From assembly GCF_036321535.1 (NCBI RefSeq), contig NC_087436.1:4774001-4838000 (forward strand): 64,000 nt of DNA, read 5' to 3'. This stretch comes from Camelus dromedarius. Its lineage: Eukaryota. The translations under genes were made by a program, and so were the position numbers. The notes below the pieces were generated by a model. The model worked only from the letters and a program-made list of their open reading frames with translations, did no database searches and was not told the origin of the DNA. Within the stretch, counting starts at the first letter, position 1; each line of letters opens with the position of its first letter. Below, piece after piece: positions 25,639-37,039 of this stretch.

Positions 25639-25870
25639 TTAGTTTGGGAAACAGAGGATTGTGAGAAAGACATGCCAGTGACCACAGCCTCATCAACATT
25701 TTGTTTGTGTTCTTGTAATTTATTTTTCTTTTCCAGTTAATTCATTACTATCTAAAGAAAGAAGGGGGCAAAATAAGAGTTCCTTAAAGCTCAAACACAT
25801 GAACTTCTTTTTGTTTGTTTCTTTTGTCAAGGTCATTATCAGTCTCAGACCCACAGATTGTATTAAAGTT

Positions 25871-26122
25871 CTATAAAAGTAGAGGAATAGATTTTGTAAG
25901 AAAAAAGAGCATTTTTAGGGTCAGTTTAGTCTTCTTTCAGTTTTGATTTACTATAAATATAAGATGAAACTTTGAGTATGAGTCTTTGAGCCTGAGTCTA
26001 TAAATGTAGAGAAACAGATCTTATAAGGAAAATGGCACTTTTAAAGCTCAGCTTAGGCAAAAAAAAAGAAGAAAAAAGTTTTGATTTACTATAATTATAA
26101 GAGGAAACTTTGAGCATGAGTC
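25871..26122. repeat. Diverged two-copy tandem duplication (unit ~125-130 bp)
   Basis: CTATAAAAGTAGAGGAATAGAT...GTTTTGATTTACTATAAATATAAGATGAAACTTTGAGTATGAGTC versus CTATAAATGTAGAGAAACAGAT...GTTTTGATTTACTATAATTATAAGAGGAAACTTTGAGCATGAGTC. Confidence 0.85.
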
Positions 26123-26217
26123 AGTGATGAAACTCAAAGTTCCCCCTGGCAAGTGTCTTTCTGCCCTGTTAGTTTAATACACTTATTTTTTATTTTTCCT
26201 ATGACTTAAAAAAAACC

Positions 26218-27980
26218 TCTTTTTTTAAACTGGATTAAAATCTACATAATGTATGGAACCATTTTAAAGGAAACAGTTCAATGGCATTGATATACCCACA
26301 ATGGTGTACAACCACCATCCCTGTCTAGTCCCAAAATATTTCTATGCCTTCAAAATTACTCTATGTCCATTAAATTACTCCCCACTCTCTGGTAACCATG
26401 GTAACCACCAACCTTCACCTGTCTCTCTGGCTTTAGCTATGTCGGATATTTCGTAATGTTATGTATTGATACTTTGTGTTTGGCTTTCCGCACTTAGCAT
26501 AGTGTTCTCAAAGCTCATCTATTTGTAGAATGCAATAGGACTTCACTTCTCCTTATAACCAAGCGATATTCCATTGTTTGTGTCTATGACAATCTGTTTA
26601 TCTGCTAATCCATCCATGTGCATTTGGTTGCTTCCACCTTTTAGCCACTGTAAATAGAGCCACAGTGGACATGTGTGTCTTTTCATCTGTCTGAGTACCT
26701 GTTTTAAATTTTTGGCTTACATACCTAGGAGTCAAATGGCTGGGTCACATGGTACTGTGTTTAAACTTTTGAGGAATTGCCAACTGTTTTCCACAGCAAT
26801 TCAACCATTTTATTTTCCTACCAGCCATGTGCAAGGCTTTTAACTCATCTACATCCTTGCCAAGATTTGTTATTTTTCATTTGATTCCAAATCTCCCGGT
26901 GGATGTGAGTGGCACTTCATTGTGGTTTTAGTTTGCATTTCTGTGATGATTAATGATGTTGAGTCTCTTTCCATATACTTTTTGGCCATTTGTATATTTT
27001 ATTTGAAGAAATGTCTATTTAGGCCCTTTTGGATCATTGTATTATTTCTTTTGACCATTTTAAAAATCAGGTTGCCTTTTTCTTATTGAGCTATAGGAGT
27101 TCTTTAGGAGATAAGTGACTTGCAAACATTTTTCCCTTTCTATAGGTTTTATTTTTCTCTTTATCAATAACAGCTTTAATGAACAAGTTTTTAATTTTAA
27201 TGAAATTTGATGTATCTACTTTTTATTGATCCTAATGCTGTTCTTGACATATCTAAGAATTCACTGCCAAATCCAAGTCACAAAGATTTACTGGTGTATT
27301 GTTTTTCTAAGAGATTTATGGTTTTAGCTCTTGTATTTAGGTTATTGGTATATTTTGAGTTAATTTTTGTGTATTGTGTATGGTAGGGGTAGCCTAAGGC
27401 TATCCATTTGTCCTCGCATCATTTTTTGAATTGTCACTATCCCTCAACATTGATCTTAACACCTTGTCAAAAATCAATTGGCTTTAGACAACTGGTTTTA
27501 TTTCTGGACTCTCAGTTCTATTCCAGTGTTTCTGAGCTGACACTACATTGCTTTGATTACTGTAGCTTTGTGGTAAGTTTTGAAATGGAGAAGGGTGAGA
27601 TCTTCAAGTTTGTTCTGTTTTCGTTTTTTTTTTTTTTTTTTTTTTTTTGGCTATTTGAGGTTTCTTACAAATTCTATATGAATGCCTTTTATTTATTTTT
27701 CTTGACTAATTTCTCTGTCTAGAACTTCCAGACAATGTTGAATAGCAGTGGAGGTGAGCATTTTTGTTTTTCTGTGTCAATTGAAATGAGCATTTATTTC
27801 TCCTTCATTTTATTCATGTATCACATTGATGGGTATTCTTATGTTGAACCAACTTTGCATTACTGAGATAAATGCCACTGGCTCATGGTGTATAATCCTT
27901 TTAATATGTTGTTGAATTTGTTTTGCTAATATTTTGATGAGGATTTTTGCATCTATATTCATAAGAGATATTGATCTTCT
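26218..27980 (-). mobile_element. L1MB-like element (3' UTR plus ORF2 pieces with internal deletions)
   Basis: Continuous antisense L1 motifs, e.g. CATTGTGGTTTTAGTTTGCATTTCTGTGATGATTAATGATGTTGAG and GAGGATTTTTGCATCTATATTCATAAGAGATATTG. Confidence 0.9.
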
Positions 27981-28777
27981 TCAGAAATTAGTTCCATAAT
28001 TCTTTAAGGTAAATTCTAAGGAATGATTATGAGAATATAAAAAGCCTCATTAAAAACTAGTCAAAGATTATGAACAGACAGTTCACAAAAAAGGAAATAG
28101 AAATAAATCTTTAATAAAATCCCACATTAATCCTCAATTATGATGATGAGGGATGAAAAGTCAGCCTTTATCAAGATACCATTTTTTAACCATCATATTG
28201 ACATGGTTCTCAAATTGAAATACTCTCTATTGATGAAAGAGGGGAGCAGTTGCACTTTCCACAGACAAGTGATGTTAATAATTTCTTGTGTACAATTCAG
28301 AGAATGTATATGCAAAAAACGCAAAACATAAATGTCTGATCTTTTTAAGCAAGTGATATAATGTTATTTACACTAACTTATCTTGCTTTGTCGCTCAGTG
28401 TAGGGGAAATCCTATTATATAGCAGCGTAATTAGATCTAGGTCTCCTTTTTAATGATTGTATCTTAAGTTTTGTATTCATGTATTATAATTTATTTTCTC
28501 AGTTCTCATTAATTTCATTTGTGTTTTGAATTAAAAGCAATTTCTTAAAATTAAGTTGGATCCTAATTTTATAGTGAAAATGATCTCAGAAATAAAGATA
28601 AAAACATATTTTAATAATGCAGGGTTAGTGTATTAATCAAATCTAGGGAAGACTAATACATTTCTCATATTGAAGCTATGGATCAGTCACAAAGAAAAGG
28701 TCGACAGATCCAAATTTTATACAATTCATTATTTTACAAAAAATTTTGAATGACATTAAAAAAAACCCCAACATTGT

Positions 28778-28862
28778 GGGGTGGATATAGCTCATTGGTA
28801 GAGCAGATGCTTAGCATACATTACATCCTAGGTTCAATCCTCAGTGACTCCATTTAAAAAAA
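28778..28862 (+). mobile_element. tRNA-Ala-derived short SINE (camelid vic-1 type)
   Basis: GGGGTGGATATAGCTCATTGGTAGAGCAGATGCTTAGCAT...GGTTCAATCCTCAG...TTTAAAAAAA has A/B boxes, an A tail and similar flanks (AAAAAACCCCAACATT / AAAAAATCCGATATT). Confidence 0.85.
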
Positions 28863-29784
28863 GAGAGACATTTTAAAAAATCCGATATTTCCAAGAATAA
28901 TTCTTGGATGCATTTAGAAGCATAGTAACATTTGGGCAATGTTATATCAAAATTTTAAGTAAATGAATTAGACCTAGGTTACTTAAATGACTCGGTGACA
29001 TTTATAAGACATCCAAGTTCCTAAGAGATGAGTGAACAGAGTGCATTTCCCAAAAGAAGAAATACTTACAGTAGACACACATTAACTTTAGTAGCAATGA
29101 AAAATACAAATTAAATTATGTCAGACCAACAACAGGAAACAATATGAAGCCAACAAATGTGATTAGTGTCATACTCAGAAACAGTGACAGCCTCCATGAT
29201 GCATTACAGAGGAACTGAATACACAACTACCATCGTCAGTGATAACAAATAAATATATATTCTTACAAGGTCTGGGAGACAAAAGGCAAAAATAAAAGTA
29301 GTTATTCTATGATGTGTTTATGTGTAATTATTTTACATCTTTAAGCATTGAAATTGTGTAATTTTAAAAAATAATAAGAAGAAACACTTAGGAATGAAGT
29401 TCTGTCTTCTCTTTAAAGCATCAGCATTCTGTAACAGTGACGTCTCTGTTCTATCTCTATGTTCTGAGATTTGTCAACGGGCAGTATTCTGTCTGATGTC
29501 ACGAAGCCTTTCTAATTCATCTTCGTGGTCTCAGCACTTCACAGAGTGCCAGTGTATGAGAAATTCAAAATACACAGGTACTAAACACAGGGAAACTGAC
29601 AAACTTGCCAGCTGAAAAAAGAATCTGTTAATCCTTTGGTCCCTAGGCGCCGTGAGGAATATTTAGGGAGAATAAATTAAATGTAGAGCTTTTCAGAGGC
29701 TGAGTGATTTCCATTTTGGAAAAATCCTTGAATATTAATAGAAAGTAAAGAAAAACCAAAACAGAAGACACTATGTGTTTTATG

Positions 29785-30197
29785 GTGTGTTCGTTGGCTA
29801 GGGCTGCCAAAACAAAATACCACAGGCTGCTTCATTTTAAACAGTTAAAATCGTTTAATTGTATTGAACAATCCGAGTTTATTTTCCTGCAGCAGTGGAG
29901 GCCGAAGGCCAAGATCAAGGTGTCCTCAGATTTCATACCACCTGAGGCCTCTCTCCTTGGCTTGCAGGCGGCCACCTTCTCACTGTGCCCACACGGCCTT
30001 TCCTCTGTGGCCGCACATCGCTGCTGTCTCTTCCTCGTCTTATAAGGACACTAGCTGTGCTGGTCTAGGGTTCCATCCTCCGGACCTCACTTAGCCTTAA
30101 TTACCACCTGAAACACCCTATCTCCAAATACAGTCACACCGGGGGCCAGGTCTTCAACGTATGGTTTTTTGTGGGGAACACAATTCCGACCACAACA
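29785..30197 (-). mobile_element. MaLR LTR (MLT1A/B-like)
   Basis: CTAGGGCTGCCAAAACAAAATACCACAGGCTG...AAGATCAAGGTG...GAGGCCTCTCTCCTTGGCTTGCAG...CCCTATCTCCAAATACAGTCACA. Confidence 0.88.
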
Positions 30198-30329
30198 TGC
30201 AGCATATTTAAATCTGACATTGAAGAAACGATCATTTTCAGGAGCCCATTTTCTAAAGCTGTAACAAACATTTATTTATTATAACTTTGCTTGAAGTTAT
30301 AGATCTCAAGCTAACGTCTCAGGATCTTT

Positions 30330-30839
30330 GTGAACAGAAGTCCAGGCCAAATGGCCACTCTGCCCCCCCCACTCTCCTTGGATCTCCCTGGATGAGTGGT
30401 ACCCAGCCTCTGAAGTTCCACTGAGGAGGCCGGGGGACACACTCAGGACGTGTGGAGGAGGACCTGGCACCTTTCGATGGAACGTGGGCGATGGGAGACA
30501 GGAGGTGGGGGGGACCCGAGCAGATAAGTGACCCTCCATTTTCTCTTTGGTGAACCACACTGAGAGAGCAGCACCCCAGGGCCCTCTGGGAAGTCCTACC
30601 AGGGGTTTCACGTTGCACAATGTCGAGTCAGTGCCTCTCTGTCCCTGGAGCTTCATGGATGGTCGTTGGCGCAGCCAGTGCGGTAACTCGTTGCCTCCCT
30701 TTGCTTCACTCGTTTTTGTTCCCTTTGTTTCTCCTTGTGTTTTCTCCTCCGGCTTGGGCTTCCCAAATAAAGTGTCAGCGTTTTAATCCCTCCCTCGGGT
30801 TCTGCTTCTAACTCAGAAAACACGGGTTAGTTTAACACA
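30330..30839 (+). mobile_element. ERVL-class LTR (LTR16-like)
   Basis: 3' end CCCAAATAAAGTGTCAGCGTTTTAATCCCTCCCTCGGGTTCTGCTTCT resembles LTR16/LTR33 U5 and is directly followed by gag-like sequence. Confidence 0.6.
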
Positions 30840-30844
30840 AGTCA

Positions 30845-31533
30845 TACGTGACGTGGCTCCAGAGCTGGACTGCTCGACTGTCTGAAGTCATCCACTTGGA
30901 GGATGGTAATGGGGTGGTAATGACTCTTGGAAGGCAGTTGCACCACAAGGACTTAAACTTTCATGTTGGTTTAATTGAAAGGAAGTGTAACTCGGGGGCA
31001 AGAGTAGGGAGCAGAAATGGTTGTGTATTTAATTTACACGGGGACACTTTGGAGAATCGTGAAATAGCCTGAATGCCTTGGTGCCAATGGAAAAAGTACA
31101 AAAAGAGAATGACAGACTGGGGACGGTCAGTTTCCATCTTAAGCCAGTTTCTGAAGCCAAAGGCCTCCTGGCAGCTGTAGGGGACTGCTCATTCTGGGAG
31201 CTTCTGGCAGACTTTACTGAGAATCTGGCCAAGGATCTGATTCTAGGGGAGACAGATCTGCAGAGAGGACTAAAATGTGAAGACTTAGCACCTCTGCTGG
31301 GTCAAGTCAGGGCTGTGGTAGTGAAGAGTAGGGCCCCACAGTCCGGGATGAACACTTGTAGGAAGACAAATCTGACCCTTGAGCTCCTAAATTATCCTGA
31401 ATCCTGCTTTTCACCAGAAGCAGCTCCATCTCACTATATGAACCCTTTTCCCCAATCTGAGAGTCAAGACTCGGCACCACCCAGCCCAGCCCAGGTCTGG
31501 GAAGAGATACGTACAAGAACCTGCAGGACGTGA
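30845..31533 (+). pseudogene. gag: Decayed ERVL-class internal region, gag N-terminus
   Basis: ORF 31078-31533 has EKVQKENDRL...ADFTENLAKDLILGETDLQRGLK...QVRAVVVK, which aligns by recall to ERVL gag KENDELR...AEIAENQTQNLILRVAELQRKLN...KVRALIGKEW; upstream stops and probable frameshifts. Confidence 0.75.
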
Positions 31534-32178
31534 CCCTTACATATAAGTAAGGACCAGGGTGGGCGTGTGCACAAGTGGGTCCTGACAGCCTGGGCAGAGA
31601 ACAAACAGCACGCTGGACAGGGGGAAACGCATGGGGACTCTGCACCCAGCACCATCCCTGGTGACCCCTGTCCCGTTCTGATTCCACAGAAGCAGAGACA
31701 TTGATGTAGAGATGTTTTGCTTTGTTTTGTGCAGTGGAAGCACAGCAGGGACCTGAAGAGAGCCAAGCAAGAATGTGATCTGGGGGAGAGTCCAGTCTTG
31801 GCCTGATCCACTTAAATCACCCCAGGGTGCCTTCCCTTTTAGAATTAGGGGGCCAGTCTTTTGTACACTCTGCTGGTCTCCGCTGTGGGCTATTCCCAAG
31901 GGAAGGAAAGGAGGAGGTTGACCTTCACAGAGAAGGGGTCTTGTCAGCCAGGGTACAGCCTCAGAGATGGAGGATGGGTTTTCCCTGAGAGCTGCCCTTG
32001 CTCACGGCTGCGAGGTGATGGGTGGGTCTCGGGGGAGGCCCCCAGCATCCGTCACAGCATCTGCTTGTGTGTCCCCAGCACAGGGCAGGATGCTGTACCA
32101 TGGATGTTTCTTTTGTGCTGTAATCCCCACCAAGAAACACACCAATTAGGGAAAATCGAATGTGGGACAAAACAGCAC

Positions 32179-32790
32179 TGATACAGGAAAATGTGGGGCC
32201 AGAGGATGGCTGTGTCCCAGGTCTTGCTTGAGTCCCTGGGACATGCCCCGCCAAATGTGGGTCCTTGGCTTAGCACAGGAAAGAATTCAGGAGTGAGCCA
32301 CAGTTCAGTAAAGGCAGATTTATTCAGACAGATACATACTCCATAGACAGAGTGCAGATTGTTTCAGAAGGCAAGAGAAAGGCCATGAGGTGTGGGGGTT
32401 GGATGCACAGTTTAAACTAAAAGTAGATAGTCCTTAGACAGATTGCGGGCTGTCTCCGATGACGAGAGAGTGAGAGGCCACGAGGTGCGGGGCTGTGAGT
32501 TTTTATGGGCTGGGTAACTTCACATGCTGACAAGTGGGAGGGTTATTCCAACCACTCTGAAGAAGGGGCTGGGAGGCCTAGGAACCGGGCCATCACCTAC
32601 CCTTTGACCATTTATGGTCAGCTTGGAGCTGTTCTGGCACCTGTGGGAGGGCCATTTAGTAGCTGTGGTATTTCAGTGAGCCTATATTGAAGTTCAAGGT
32701 CCACTGGGCGTTGACTCTTCCGCCATCTTGGTGCTAACTGCCGAGTCATTCTTTCACTGACTGAGCCCTGCCTGCTCCCCTCCTGTCTCA
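32179..32790 (-). mobile_element. ERV1-type solo LTR
   Basis: TGATACAGG...CCTGTCTCA inverted termini, TTTATT (antisense polyA signal) near 32320, GCCATCTTGG motif; degenerate TSD GCAC/GTAT. Confidence 0.85.
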
Positions 32791-33931
32791 GTATTATTAA
32801 GCTTTCAATGTATCAAGTCTCGATTCTGATCTAATTTTATAAAAATATGACAGAGATTTCAGGAATAAATGCATTAATTTGTTTCTGGTAATTTATATCC
32901 AAAGTTGGAGAAGGGCTATCCTTAAAATGATGCAATTTAATTTGTAGTTTCAAGAAATGCCACGAGCCAGGTCAGGATTTACCTAATAATGTAAAGACTT
33001 TCAGGTTTGGATTCTGAGCCTTCAAAATGAGGTACTCATTTTGTATCTATAACCCCAAATGTCATTAATATTCAGAAGCTATCTTATCTTAAATGATCAA
33101 AAAGTATAATATGTGGCATAAATTTTGAATATTATTTATATAAGTACTAAAAGCTATTGAAGTCAAGGAAGATATGCATTTGTCAAATTAACATTTATGA
33201 CTTTCATGATATTCATTTTCTGATAACGAAATTGTGTTTCCTCAATCCACTGAGATAAATTTCTCTGGATTCCTCTGAAGGATGATTTCTGTCTCAGATT
33301 TCATAATTTTTTGGAACCTTTCCTGGAAGCAGCAATGGGTGGGGAGTGGCTTTTCTATAAAAGGGTAAATTTTGGTGTTATGTTTTTGTAATATATTTTA
33401 TTTTTTAATAAATATCCACAAGCATACTGATACATGAAAATATATAGCATCAGATCAAGTAAAGTAGAGGGCATCGGGGCATTTAGTCATGTCAGTATTT
33501 TTTGAAATACCTGCTAAAATGAGAAAATGAAAAAAAAATACATAGTCGCTGCCTTAAATCAGTTCATATGATGTGGTTGCAGAGATGAGATGAATTAAAA
33601 GATATAATTCAGTAAGATGATGTTATGGGCCCTGAGAGATAAAGATACACTGTTACTGATCTAACAATCTAAATTGTCATGAGAATTCAAAACAGGAAGT
33701 CATTTTATGCAGCTGAAATGGATCAGGGGAGCTTTTTGTTTCAAATGTTTTTATTTTTAATACCTTTTGAACCAATTTACAAATAAGTATCTTAAAAAAG
33801 AAGGTGCTCTCCACTAAGTATTATAAGTCATTCAGTTTATTAATTTATTGAAATGATTACTTTGGTTAATTATTGGTAGCATTCATTATTATGTCTAATG
33901 AACAGAAACTTGTAAAACTAAGTGATAGGAA

Positions 33932-34415
33932 TGTCGACTGAAATCAATGCACAACCTAAAGGTCGAGAGTTACGTTTTATTCAGTGGACAATTCTGAGGA
34001 CTCGAGCCGGGATGACAGCCTCCCGGATGGCTCTGAGGAGCTGCTCGGAAGAGGTTGGGGAGGAACTAGGATACAAAGGAGCTTTACAACAAAGACCAAG
34101 TAGTTGGAACATCAAAAGATCATCTGTTAACTAAAGAAAACCAGGCATCTCAAGTTAAAGAATTTAGTGCTTTTCTATGTATGGGAGGGAGCAAACATTT
34201 GGGCTCACTGAATTCATTCCTTTGACAAGCACCTAGCTATCTAGGGCCAGGATCCTGTCCCTTCTAATTCTGAGTCCCCTCAGAGGGCACCACTGTGAGT
34301 GGCTGCAGCGGCCGGGCTGCAGCCTTGTCTTCACTGGGGGGCAGCGGCCACTGATGACTTGGTGGCTTCAGCATTCTTTGTTTACTGATATGGTTTGCAG
34401 TATTTTTCGTTCACA
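33932..34415 (-). mobile_element. Young ERV1-type solo LTR with 4-bp TSD
   Basis: TGT...ACA termini flanked by GGAA at 33928-33931 and 34416-34419; antisense AATAAA near 33976; CpGs retained. Confidence 0.92.
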
Positions 34416-37039
34416 GGAACCAGGTAATTATCTCTGACATATTTGTGAAAGTCCACAGACAATTTGATTTCCAACAAATTCCTTTGGCTATACATTCATA
34501 CATCTCTTGCTTCATTCCCAAGCGGGATTCCTAATCATTTCTAAGACAAGCAGTGATCAGACATCAGACACACCTGTGGGATTATGTAGCTACCTTAATG
34601 ACAGCCCTGCCTCTGGCTGTCATAACCCTTTGATTATATATATTCTTGACCTTTACAAGTGAGCTCATTTCGTCATTGTCACATGAAAGAATTGTGGCTT
34701 TTCTTGACTACGATATCTCTCCAGCGCAGATCTGTGATAAATGATAAACTATCTTCCTCTTTTCCTCTTTAACACTTTTGAAATAGAATTATTAGCAGTT
34801 CACCCTCTATAAGATTTTGGTCTTGTGGTGCACATTTTAAAATCTGTTTTCAAAAACCCTCAAAGTCCAAAACCATATTATTGGTAGAATTTAAAGTTTG
34901 TACTCTTTCTTCTGGGAGTTTCCAGCCAGCTTTTATTTTGCTATTATTTTACTGGTACAATTTTTCTTACTCTGTCTCCAACAAGGAAAACCCCTGGGGA
35001 AAATATAAACTTCGTATGTATTATGACAATGGTTTCTCTAGCAGCAGGAGCTCTGCAAGAATATTTAGAAAATCTTCTTTTATTTTCTGCTTTTATCTTC
35101 ATTTTTCTATGTGAATTTCCAAAGAATAGCTCATATGTTCCAGTTATATAAGTGACAGAGGGTTCCAGTATTTACTTCACTTGGGAAAAGAAAAATGTGA
35201 ACAATTGAACACTATGGGGCTCTTTTCCTTGGTGAGAATAGCGTAACTTCTCTGCTACATCCAACTGAGTCCTGGGTCTAAAAGCAGAATCAAAAAATCC
35301 ACAATGTATCCATTTGATTGTTTAATGAATATTCCAAGACAATTGATGATTGCTCAAATGCTAAATTTAATTTAGTAAAATGTGAAATTTTGTTGTAGTT
35401 ACAGAAAACTGTCAAAGCACATTGTCAATTGTATAATTTCATGGTCGATATATTACTATACAAGTGTACAGAAATAAACGACCAATATTTTAAGATAACA
35501 GACCATGAATCAGAACTTGCTTAAGTCCTATTATGGACTAATCATTATTTCCACCAATTAGAGACACAGTAACAGCTATAATTCATGCAAGTGCTTTTAA
35601 AAATTATTCAAGTCTCTTTGGGGATGATACAGATTCTAAAAAGGCATTATTATTTATCATAACACCAATGTAGTCTTTCTGACAGGGACTAGGCTTAGGG
35701 TTAGCACGATCAGTTCTCTTACAATAAAGGAAGATCAGAAGATTTGACATGATGCTAATTTGTCCTTTCTTATGCAACTGTTTTATAAAAGAAATATCTG
35801 CACACACTTCACATATACAAAGGGCATCAGAGAGACAGGAATTATCCCAACTTGTGGATTCTTATATTCCATTTTTGGTCAAGAACATTTTTTGCATATT
35901 CTAAAATCAACCCAGGTGTCACAGAATCACACAAAGTATGTTTTAGTAATTCTCACTTTATCATACTATTAGGGCTAAAAATGAAATGGATCTAAGAGGA
36001 ATGTGAAACAAATAGTTCTGAATTTCTTATTTGCATCTGGTCAATACTAATGTCTAGATGGATTTTGCTACCAACATTTTATCAACCTTTACACTGTTAC
36101 TAAATTCTGCCAGCAGCACCAATATTCCACTGTCCCAAATACACATGATATACATTAACTACTAAAAATGTCTCTTGGCCAGTATTTTATGTTGTGTTGG
36201 ATTAATGGTAGAGTATACAGGGAAATATTCAATACACTGTGACTTAATAATTATTTTTCCAGGTTTCCTATTGACTTGCAAGGCTATTTTTGGGAAACTT
36301 GCCTGGGCAAGAATAGATTTCTGCATCCATTAAGATCAAAATTTACTTTAAATCATCGATCCCGATCTGTGTTTCAAGGAGTCTTACAGAAGCCTCAAAC
36401 CCTGATAAAGATGCTACCATTACTTGTGGGTAGATCCTGGACCTTCAGACCACTTAGCTTTAATTTCGCAATTTCCTTTTGATATGTTACAAACTCTATC
36501 TTTGTCTGAACTTTGTAGAAAGAATTCTAAGAGTATAAATAAATATGTAACACTCTAGCATAAAATTTCACGCAGTCTATTTGAGCTTGCACATACTCTA
36601 TGTTTTCTCAATTTGCTAAGTCAAACTCACCTATGCAGTCTTCCCTCAGATCCTTTCTCCAGCTTAAAATATCCAGGTCTACTGAAGTCCCTGCTTATAG
36701 ATTCAGTCCCAGATCCTGTAGCACATTCTTTCTGAGGCAGGAAACATGTTGGTGGCTTTGGAGTTTATTTCATTTCCTACTTGTCTTGTTTATTCCTTCC
36801 TTTTTTCCCTTCCTTGGGTGTAACACCTTGTTGTCACATTGCTTGGCACGCTAATCTCCTCTAGAACAGCTGCTTACCTGCCTGACTCTAGATTACTCTG
36901 GGGAATGACTTAAAAAAAATAACGTTTTTTTAAACTGATATACTGCTGTCTGTTTGTAAGATGATTAAACACAATATTTTTTAATTGTAAAAAACAAAAA
37001 CGTACTTTTTTCTTTTCTTTCTTAATTTCTTTAGAAAAT

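Noticed and set aside
28778..28862. Possible tRNA-Ala gene (also 13932-14018)
   Set aside because: Degenerate stems and an A-rich tail rather than a T-run terminator indicate SINE copies
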